Below are positions 56,335 to 64,000 of a stretch of 64,000 nucleotides of DNA, one piece after another; the first letter of the stretch is position 1, and each line of letters starts with the position of its first letter. The notes under the pieces were generated by a model, which was not told the DNA's origin, did no database searches, and saw only the letters and a list, made by a program, of their open reading frames with translations. Both the position numbers and the translations under genes were made by a program. Source of the stretch: Dehalococcoidia bacterium (GTDB taxonomy: Bacteria; Chloroflexota; Dehalococcoidia; Lucifugimonadales; UBA2985); the NCBI GenBank assembly GCA_965204895.1, contig OZ242025.1:1884572-1948571 (forward strand), given 5' to 3'.

Positions 56335-57564
56335 ATGGACTTTACACTGTCGTCAGCATATACGGAGGAGCAGGAGCGGTTCCGGCTGGAGGTGAGGGCG
56401 TGGCTTGAGGAGAACGTGCCGGACGACATGAAGGAGCCCATAGACGGGGACGACTTCACCTATGAGCAGTACCAGTTCTACCGGGAGCTGTGGAGGAAGA
56501 TGGGCGAGAAGGGCTGGCTCTTCCCCACCTACCCCAAGGAGTACGGCGGCGGCGGAATGTCAGCCGACTACGAGGTGATCATATCCGAGGAGATGTCCGC
56601 GGCGCAGGTGAAGGCCTGCACCAGCCGCTCTCTGGTGTTCCAGACCCTCCTGGTTTGGGGCACGGAGGAGCAGAAGCACAAGTTCCTTCCTCCACTGCTC
56701 AGGGGTGATGCGATAGTCTTCCAGAAGCTCACGGAGCCCCAGGGCGGCGCAGACCTGGCCAGCATCCAGAGCCGCGCCACCCAGGACGGCGACGACTGGA
56801 TTCTCAACGGCCGGAACGTCTTTATCGGGGACCCGTATGACGTTGAATACCTGGCCGGGCCTATGGTCACGGACCCGGACGCGCCCCGGCATCGAAACCT
56901 GGGCTACTTCATGATTCCGGTTCCCTCGGAAGGACTTGAACTGCGAGAGATGAAGCTGCTGCCCAGCTCCCGGAAGCAGGCCATTTTCCTGGACAACGTG
57001 CGCATCCCCGGTGACCACCTGATTGGCGGCGTCAACCAGGGTTGGCAGGTCATGGGCACTCACCTGGAGTTCGAGCACGGCGGTCGTGGCCGGGCCGTCC
57101 CCAGAGACGAGAACACCGACAGCCTGATTGAGTACCTGAAGGAGACCAAGCACGACGGCGGTACCCTGGGCAACGACGAGGTAACCCAGCAGGTGGCAAT
57201 GGACGCCGTCCTGGACTCCCACGTTCAGGCGCTGCTGCTCCAGCGGACCTACTGGATGTACCAGAACCGCATGGAGATCCAGTACGAGGGCAACGTAGCC
57301 AACGTGCACGGCCGGGAGTCCAGCCTGCGGAACGCACGTAGGATACGGGAGCTTTACGGCCCCTACGGGTTCCTTGGGACCAAGGAGCCCGGAGCGCCAC
57401 ACGGCGGATCGCAGGAGGTGAACCAGCGCTCCAGGGCGGGCCAGAACCACGCCGCCGGGAGCACCAACATCGCCAAGGTGATACTGGCGAGGAGGATCGG
57501 GATCAGCCGCACCCAGGAGAGGGCTGCGCCCACCGCGTCCACCGCCACCAGCCACAGCAGCTAG
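56335..57564 (+). CDS. Acyl-CoA dehydrogenase-fold protein, paralogue family A
   Basis: ATG after AAGGAGGG. MDFTLSSAYTEEQERFRLEVRAWLEEN and a C-terminal AGQNHAAGSTNIAKVILARRIGISRTQERAAPTASTATSHSS. Confidence 0.8.
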   Translation: MDFTLSSAYTEEQERFRLEVRAWLEENVPDDMKEPIDGDDFTYEQYQFYRELWRKMGEKGWLFPTYPKEYGGGGMSADYEVIISEEMSAAQVKACTSRSLVFQTLLVWGTEEQKHKFLPPLLRGDAIVFQKLTEPQGGADLASIQSRATQDGDDWILNGRNVFIGDPYDVEYLAGPMVTDPDAPRHRNLGYFMIPVPSEGLELREMKLLPSSRKQAIFLDNVRIPGDHLIGGVNQGWQVMGTHLEFEHGGRGRAVPRDENTDSLIEYLKETKHDGGTLGNDEVTQQVAMDAVLDSHVQALLLQRTYWMYQNRMEIQYEGNVANVHGRESSLRNARRIRELYGPYGFLGTKEPGAPHGGSQEVNQRSRAGQNHAAGSTNIAKVILARRIGISRTQERAAPTASTATSHSS

Positions 57565-57588
57565 TCGTTAGCCGCTTGCCACAAAGAA

Positions 57589-57618
57589 GAGGGCCAGGGT
57601 CTTAACATCCTGGCCCTC
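57589..57618. terminator. Hairpin between convergent genes
   Basis: GAGGGCCAGG-N10-CCTGGCCCTC followed by TCTGTTTGTCTC. Confidence 0.5.
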
Positions 57619-57652
57619 TCTGTTTGTCTCGGTACGAGGCAGTCTTTCCCGG

Positions 57653-57922
57653 CTACTTCGATGGTGGGTCGTCGGGTTCCAGCTTGGCCTCCGTTGCCAT
57701 TGAAGCCAGCTTCTCCAGGTGGTCCTCTATGTAGCAGTGGCCGAAGTAGTAGACGTTGTACTCCTTGTCGTCCCTGGTCTCGCTGTACTCGCGCTTTGGC
57801 TCCAGATTGTTGGACTGAAGGTAGCTGTTGACCTCGCTGTCCTTGGCGTCCGGCCCGCTTGGGTCGAACAGAAGGAGGACTCGCTGCTCGGTTGGTGCAA
57901 TGCTGATAACTTCCAGCTTCAT
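57653..57922 (-). CDS. Hypothetical protein (low-GC islet gene 4)
   Basis: 89-aa ORF with a GGAGGTG RBS 7 nt upstream. No family was recognised. Confidence 0.45.
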   Translation of the reverse strand: MKLEVISIAPTEQRVLLLFDPSGPDAKDSEVNSYLQSNNLEPKREYSETRDDKEYNVYYFGHCYIEDHLEKLASMATEAKLEPDDPPSK

Positions 57923-57994
57923 ATTGCTTCACCTCCGTTACACTGAATGCTGTAGCCGATTATAGCCCATAGAGGGGCTGCTACCAAGGTCCTG

Positions 57995-58447
57995 CTATCC
58001 CAGATGGACTATTTCTAGGTCACCCCAACTTCTCTGGAGATACTCGGCGACAAGGCGGCGGTGACACTGGTCCGGCTTCTCCTCACTGCACAGCAGGCAA
58101 GCGTTGGCTATAGTGCGCTTCAGTCCCATTTTCTCAATCCGACGCTGCTCCATAAGATCCAGGAACTCCCCTTCGTAGATGTCCCAGTTCTTGTGGCCTT
58201 TGCGGTATGCGTCCAGCAACTCGCGGGTTGGCGCAAGCTCCGGTAGATGCACGTACTTCATACGGCATATCTTGGCCAGAAAATACTCCAGGTCTTCCTT
58301 CTTTGAGAATCCCGCCAACTGAGACATGTTGCTCAGGCGCACGTCTACCACTCGCTTGGCGCCGGACCCGCGCAGCAGTTCAAAGAAATCTGAGGCGGAT
58401 TTTTTCGTGAAACCGATTGTATAGACTCTCAATATCCGTCCCACCAC
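57995..58447 (-). CDS. DUF488-family protein (short form)
   Basis: 150 aa with VYTIGFTKKSASDFFELLRGSGAKRVVDVR and a C-terminal LLCSEEKPDQCHRRLVAEYL, the DUF488 pattern. Confidence 0.65.
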   Translation of the reverse strand: MVGRILRVYTIGFTKKSASDFFELLRGSGAKRVVDVRLSNMSQLAGFSKKEDLEYFLAKICRMKYVHLPELAPTRELLDAYRKGHKNWDIYEGEFLDLMEQRRIEKMGLKRTIANACLLCSEEKPDQCHRRLVAEYLQRSWGDLEIVHLG

Positions 58448-59064
58448 TCGGTTTCGGTATTCTGTGGACTATTGGTGACGTACGCCACCTTCTTCTCCTG
58501 AATCATGAGCGCGTCCGCAACTACCTCAGACCTGGAGCGAAACAGATCACCGTAAAGAGGCATCTTCAGAGCCTCTACCAGACGGCTCATGGTGGCGTTG
58601 TGATCTTCCAGGGTTCCGTCTGCAAGGATGTGTTCAACTATTAGGTCCCGTTCCACAAGTGTTCTAGCAATCAACAACGTGCGATGGCAGTCCAGGGGCT
58701 CTTTTTCTGTACACATTAGAGCAATGCGCCGCTCGTCTGCATTACGAATCAGGTACGCCAGTCCGTCTTCAAACATATCCGCGTTTGCCAGACGCTCGTA
58801 AAGCACACGCCCATTTGCGTCGTAGTACGAGCTGTCCGAGGGTCTGCCTCCAAGCTCCGCGCCAAGAAAAACGTAGCCAATCCCGGCCGACTCAAGAGCC
58901 GTCTCCAGGTGGCTAAGGTTGAATTGCGTTGTATAACGGCTGTACGGCGCAGACCGCACATCAACCACTTCATCCACACCGTGCATTCTCAGAAGTGCAA
59001 TGAGTTCCTCAACCGAATGATTTGAATGACCAATGGTGAATATAGAGTATTGGGTTGTATTCAT
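58429..59064 (-). CDS. DUF488-family protein (long form)
   Basis: Internal ATG (codon 13 of the track ORF) after GAGAGGGA. IFTIGHSNHSVEELIALLRMHGVDEVVDVRS and LMCTEKEPLDCHRTLLIARTL, plus an approximately 60-aa C-terminal extension. Confidence 0.65.
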   Translation of the reverse strand: MNTTQYSIFTIGHSNHSVEELIALLRMHGVDEVVDVRSAPYSRYTTQFNLSHLETALESAGIGYVFLGAELGGRPSDSSYYDANGRVLYERLANADMFEDGLAYLIRNADERRIALMCTEKEPLDCHRTLLIARTLVERDLIVEHILADGTLEDHNATMSRLVEALKMPLYGDLFRSRSEVVADALMIQEKKVAYVTNSPQNTETEWWDGY

Positions 59065-59077
59065 AATACTATCCCTC

Positions 59078-59749
59078 TCATGGCTCAATGATGGCTGCAA
59101 TGAGCTTGTAGCTATAGCCGTAAAACAGCCCTCCCAGACTTACGGTCATGAGGATATTGTTGCCCAGATTGCCGGCTGGGGGTTGCCTGAAGTATTTTTC
59201 TGAGAATGCCGGATCCGTAATGCGGAGTGCATACTCCTGTCCAGCGTGCTCAAAATGTCCCCGCAACACCAAGGCGTTGCTGTCTCTTGAGTTTTCCTCC
59301 GATATTTCCAGGGAACTAACTCTGATTAACCTGAGTGAGTCCTTTAGATTCTTGGCATACTCGAACGGAATACGGTCATTTTGTCCATTGGAGGTATTGT
59401 AACCGTCGAGCCAGAGAGGCTCTGTAGGGTGGATAAATCCTTCAATGTCGCTTGGAGCAAGCTGGTTGACCTTCTCCCAGTAGTATTCCGGATGGATAAG
59501 CCAGTTTTCTGTTTGATGATATTCCGGTTTAGCCCCAAGTACAGGCACCTCTATCACGTCAAGGACCTGGGGGTCGCTTCCGTCCTCGTATAGTCGTTCG
59601 TCACCCACGCCGCCCTCTTCGCCTTCGCAAACTGGTCTCACCCACCTGCCGAGTTGATTGCCGCGGGATATCTCCCTCCCCGCTACACAGCGGCCGCCCG
59701 GTTTGTACGAGTTAGCCAGGCACACTATGCGCTTAAAGTCAGCTGTCAT
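59078..59749 (-). CDS. Hypothetical protein with N-terminal Cys cluster (low-GC islet gene 1)
   Basis: 223 aa starting MTADFKRIVCLANSYKPGGRCVAGREISRGNQLGRWVRPVCEGEEGG. No catalytic motif was recognised. Confidence 0.5.
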   Translation of the reverse strand: MTADFKRIVCLANSYKPGGRCVAGREISRGNQLGRWVRPVCEGEEGGVGDERLYEDGSDPQVLDVIEVPVLGAKPEYHQTENWLIHPEYYWEKVNQLAPSDIEGFIHPTEPLWLDGYNTSNGQNDRIPFEYAKNLKDSLRLIRVSSLEISEENSRDSNALVLRGHFEHAGQEYALRITDPAFSEKYFRQPPAGNLGNNILMTVSLGGLFYGYSYKLIAAIIEP

Positions 59750-59787
59750 CAGTTTGGCTCTTGAAGAGAATAGCCCAGCCCATATGA

Positions 59788-60615
<828 letters not shown>

Positions 60616-60628
60616 TAAGGTCGGTAGC

Positions 60629-62095
60629 ATGAGCCGGCTAAAGGGCAGAAACGTCGTATCCGTTGACGACCTCTCGGTCGGTGACGTTGAGTCGATATTC
60701 GAGACCGCGGACGCCATGCGGGAGAACCGGCAGGCGTATTTTGGCAGCGCAACCGGCAGAATCGCGGCCACGCTGTTCTACGAGCCAAGCACCAGGACGC
60801 GGCTGTCCTTTGAGGCCGCAATGCAGCGACTGGGCGGCGGAATCATATCCACGCCGGACATGGGAGCGTCCTCCGCGGTCAAGGGTGAGTCCCTTGCAGA
60901 CACGTCCAGGGTGGTTGGCGCATACGCCGACGTGCTGGTGGTGCGCCATCCCTGGGAGGGCGCCGCCCGGCTGGTTGCGGAGTACTCCCCCGTGCCTGTC
61001 ATCAACGCCGGGGATGGCAGCCACGAACATCCCACCCAGACGCTGTGCGACTTGTACACGCTTCGGGGTCATCACGGAACTCTGAAGGGCCTGAAGGTTG
61101 CCCTCTGCGGTGACCTGCTTCACGGGCGGACGATACACTCTCTGGCCTTTGCGCTGGCGCGTTTCGGGGCTAACGTCATTTTCGTACCCGGTGACGGCAA
61201 CGAGATGCCGGACTACGTTCTTCGCAGGCTGCAACGGGACTACCGCGCCCAGATCAGAAGGGAGCAGCTGGGGTTCCTGAGCGCCCTCTTCGACGATTCG
61301 CCGGCGGGTGAAGAGGCGGAGACCGTCGATGCCATTTACATCACGCCTACTGAGCCGCACCAGCTGGCCATGTCCTCCATTGAGGGCACCAAGGTGGAGT
61401 TCCAAGTCGGCAGCGACGAGGCGCTGTCGATATACGTGACAAGGCGCCAGAAGGAGCGGGGCAGCGCTGCAACCGAGTCCGACCGCTACCCCACCCTGAC
61501 GGCCAAGACCCTGAGGGCCAGGCAGTTCAAGGACATCTCCATTCTCCACCCGCTACCCCGCGTTGATGAGCTCAGCCCGGAGGTGGACGAGGACCCCAGG
61601 AGCCTCTACTTCCAGCAGGCCGCCCTGGGCATCCCCGTCAGAATGTCCCTTCTGTGGCACATACTCGGAGGCGGCGACGGGGAGGCGGACACGGGCCCCG
61701 AGACGGAGCTTGGAGAGCCGAAAGCCCTGGTCTACTCCAGGCCGGGCTTCGACTGCCTTAACGCGACGTGCGTCGGCAACCAGGAGAGGCAGTTTGCGCG
61801 GCCTCGCTTTGAAATTGTCAGGGACCCGGACTACAAGCTGCGGTGTCTCTACTGCGACCACGAGACTCCCGCCGCCTACGCAGGCAACACCGAGTCCAGG
61901 TTCTACTACCCGTCCCAGCTGCTGGACAGGTTTGTTCCGCCGGTCAGCCTGGAGCACGTCAGATTCTTTGACTCGTCGGATGGCGCGGAGGCGGCGGGAT
62001 TCAGGCGTGCGTCAGAGAAGTGGGGCAGCTACCAGCCCAGGGAAGACTCAGACAGGAGGCACTGGATAGATATGGTGTCCAGCATGACCAGATGA
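60629..62095 (+). CDS. pyrB: Aspartate carbamoyltransferase catalytic chain fused to a PyrI-type zinc domain and an extra C-terminal tail
   Basis: STRTRLSFE, HPTQ and HPLPRVDEL are ATCase motifs. There is an approximately 50-aa insertion before IYVTRRQKER. After residue 340 comes CLNATCVGNQERQFARPRFEIVRDPDYKLRCLYCDHE, the PyrI Zn-domain pattern CxNxxC…CxYC, followed by about 75 further residues. Confidence 0.75.
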   Translation: MSRLKGRNVVSVDDLSVGDVESIFETADAMRENRQAYFGSATGRIAATLFYEPSTRTRLSFEAAMQRLGGGIISTPDMGASSAVKGESLADTSRVVGAYADVLVVRHPWEGAARLVAEYSPVPVINAGDGSHEHPTQTLCDLYTLRGHHGTLKGLKVALCGDLLHGRTIHSLAFALARFGANVIFVPGDGNEMPDYVLRRLQRDYRAQIRREQLGFLSALFDDSPAGEEAETVDAIYITPTEPHQLAMSSIEGTKVEFQVGSDEALSIYVTRRQKERGSAATESDRYPTLTAKTLRARQFKDISILHPLPRVDELSPEVDEDPRSLYFQQAALGIPVRMSLLWHILGGGDGEADTGPETELGEPKALVYSRPGFDCLNATCVGNQERQFARPRFEIVRDPDYKLRCLYCDHETPAAYAGNTESRFYYPSQLLDRFVPPVSLEHVRFFDSSDGAEAAGFRRASEKWGSYQPREDSDRRHWIDMVSSMTR

Positions 62096-63438
62096 AACTA
62101 CTAGTCAAAGGCGGCCGCATTATCGATCCCATCATGGGATTGGACTACGTTGGCGACCTGTTGATCGAAAATGGGAGGATAATCGGGCTGGAGCGCAGCA
62201 TCGACAAGCCGGACGGCGCGCAGGAGATAAGGGCCTCGGGACTGGTGGTGTGCCCGGGCTTCATAGACCTCCACGCCCATCTCCGTGAGCCGGACCCGGA
62301 GGACAAAGAGACCATCGCCACGGGGACCCGGGCCGCCGCCAGGGGCGGGTTTACCACGGTTTGCGCTATGCCCAACACCAGGCCGGCCATGGACAGCCCT
62401 GAGGTGATTGCGCTGGTGCTGCGCAAGGCAAGGGAGGAGGGCAGCGCAAAGGTGCTGCCCATCGGCGCTGTGACTGTGGGACGGGACGGCGAGGTTCTGA
62501 CGGATATGGACGCTCTGGCTGGGGCCGGGGTCATTGGCTTCAGCGACGATGGCAGCCCGGTGTCCAAGGACCACATTATGAAGGAGGCCCTTATTCGAGC
62601 AACGGCCCTGGGCCTCCCAATTATGAATCACTGCGAAGACTTGAGCCTCTCCCGCGGCGGGGTAATGAACGAAGGCGTGGTGGCGCAGGGCCTGGGCCTT
62701 CAAGGAGTACCCGCCCTGGCAGAGGAGTCTATGGTGTTGCGGGACATCAACCTGGCCGAGGCCACGGGAGGCCGTCTGCACCTGACGCACATGAGTACCG
62801 CAGGCAGCGTAGAGATAGTCCGTATCGCCAAGGAGCGTGGCCTGAGGGTAACCGCGGAGGCGACTCCGCACCACCTCACCATCACGGAGGAATGGGCGAT
62901 TCCCGGGAAGGCGCGAGGGGAACGGACGGACGCCGTTGCTCCCGGCGAGTACAACACCGCGGCAAAGGTGAACCCCCCGCTGCGCACGGCGCTGGACGTG
63001 GAGGCCGTGGTGCAGGCGTTGAGTGAGGGCGTTATCGACTGCATAGCCACCGACCACGCGCCCCACACCCAGGGCGACAAAGAATGTAGCTTTGAGGAGG
63101 CGGCCTTTGGCATTAGCGTGCTGGAGGTGGCGCTGGGCTCCGTGATGTCCCTGGTACACAACGGAAGGCTGGGCCTGCCAACAGTGATAGAAAGGCTGAC
63201 GGCGGCGCCGGCCCGCGTTCTCGGCCTGCCGGATCGCTTCCCCGGCTCCCTCAGAACAGGGTCTCCGGCGGACGTGACCATCTTCGATCCGCAGGCGGAG
63301 TGGGTGGTGAACGCCGCCGACTTTGTGTCCAAAGGAAAGAATACGCCGTTGGATGGGGCAACCCTCAAGGGCAGGGTGCGCGCCACCATCGTGGACGGCT
63401 CAATAGCATATAGAGATGAGGTGTTAATCGTTGACTAA
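62092..63438 (+). CDS. pyrC: Dihydroorotase
   Basis: The ATG overlaps the pyrB stop (ATGA). MKLLVKGGRIIDP, GFIDLHAHLREP and IATDHAPHT. Confidence 0.85.
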   Translation: MKLLVKGGRIIDPIMGLDYVGDLLIENGRIIGLERSIDKPDGAQEIRASGLVVCPGFIDLHAHLREPDPEDKETIATGTRAAARGGFTTVCAMPNTRPAMDSPEVIALVLRKAREEGSAKVLPIGAVTVGRDGEVLTDMDALAGAGVIGFSDDGSPVSKDHIMKEALIRATALGLPIMNHCEDLSLSRGGVMNEGVVAQGLGLQGVPALAEESMVLRDINLAEATGGRLHLTHMSTAGSVEIVRIAKERGLRVTAEATPHHLTITEEWAIPGKARGERTDAVAPGEYNTAAKVNPPLRTALDVEAVVQALSEGVIDCIATDHAPHTQGDKECSFEEAAFGISVLEVALGSVMSLVHNGRLGLPTVIERLTAAPARVLGLPDRFPGSLRTGSPADVTIFDPQAEWVVNAADFVSKGKNTPLDGATLKGRVRATIVDGSIAYRDEVLIVD

Positions 63439-64000
63439 GCAGGCTTTTCTGGTGCTTGAGGACGGCTCCTGGTACGAAGGCGAAGCCTTTGGGGCGGAGG
63501 ACTTCGCATACGGCGAGGTGGTTTTCAACACCAGCATGACCGGATACCAGGAGATGCTGACCGATCCATCCTACGCAGGCCAGATTGTTGTGCCGACCTA
63601 CCCGATTATCGGGAACTACGGCATCAACGTAGAGGACGTGGAGTCCCGGGAGATACGGGTGGCGGGATTTGCGGTCAGGGAGCACTGCCTGAACCCCAGC
63701 CACAGCCAGTCGACGCGCACTCTCCACGAGTACCTGGCGTCCCAGGGCGTTGCCGGCATCTCCGGCATCGACACAAGGGCCGTCACCCGCAAGCTGCGGA
63801 TGGCCGGTGTGATGATGGGCATGATAGCCGTGGGCGCGTCTCCTGAAGAGGCCCTAGAGCGTCTGAAGGGGATGCCCCGCTACGACAACGTGGACTTCGT
63901 TGAGAGGGTGAGCACGGAGGAGGCGTACCGCTGGGACCTCGCCGGGTCGCAGGAAGCGCCCCTGATCCTGGTCAACGACTACGGCCTGAAGTACAACATC
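63431..64000 (+). CDS. carA: Carbamoyl-phosphate synthase small subunit, 3' end outside window
   Basis: The TTG at 63431 overlaps the pyrC end. The product reads LTKQAFLVLEDGSWYEGEAFGAEDFAYGEVVFNTSMTGYQEMLTDPSYAGQIVVPTYPIIGNYGI. The frame is open to the window edge, so it is not in the track. Confidence 0.8.
   Translation, partial: MTKQAFLVLEDGSWYEGEAFGAEDFAYGEVVFNTSMTGYQEMLTDPSYAGQIVVPTYPIIGNYGINVEDVESREIRVAGFAVREHCLNPSHSQSTRTLHEYLASQGVAGISGIDTRAVTRKLRMAGVMMGMIAVGASPEEALERLKGMPRYDNVDFVERVSTEEAYRWDLAGSQEAPLILVNDYGLKYNI

Overview
This is a high-GC bacterial chromosomal segment. Hand counts give about 70% G+C in core genes and about 42% in the low-GC islets. Gene content resembles marine Chloroflexota/SAR202-type genomes, but that is inference only. 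Core genes include a stand-alone 5S rRNA, rpsA, clpC, radA, larE, hspR-grpE-dnaK, hemL, larC, dnaE, ogt and a PyrR-attenuated pyrR-pyrB-pyrC-carA operon. Paralogue expansion stands out. There are eight acyl-CoA-dehydrogenase (ACAD)-fold genes, six of them one tight family and five in a single tandem operon. There are also three MFS transporters and two tandem enoyl-CoA hydratases. Accessory content includes the following:
- An IS1595-family element with 23-bp terminal inverted repeats, an 8-bp target duplication, cargo ORFs and a long structured non-coding region.
- A low-GC four-gene islet with two DUF488 genes.
- Several toxin-antitoxin modules, two of them visibly decayed.
- A plant-type LRR surface protein with eighteen 24-residue repeats.
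- A collagen-repeat/spondin-like lipoprotein.
- Dispersed REP-like hairpin repeats.

The most unusual observation is a DsbA/FrnE-like gene whose CPWC active-site Cys codon is an in-frame TGA. It has a strong RBS upstream and a SECIS-like bulged hairpin about 15 nt downstream, so it is a candidate selenoprotein. No CRISPR array, tRNA, or 16S/23S rRNA was found. All family assignments come from motif recognition by eye, not from database searches.
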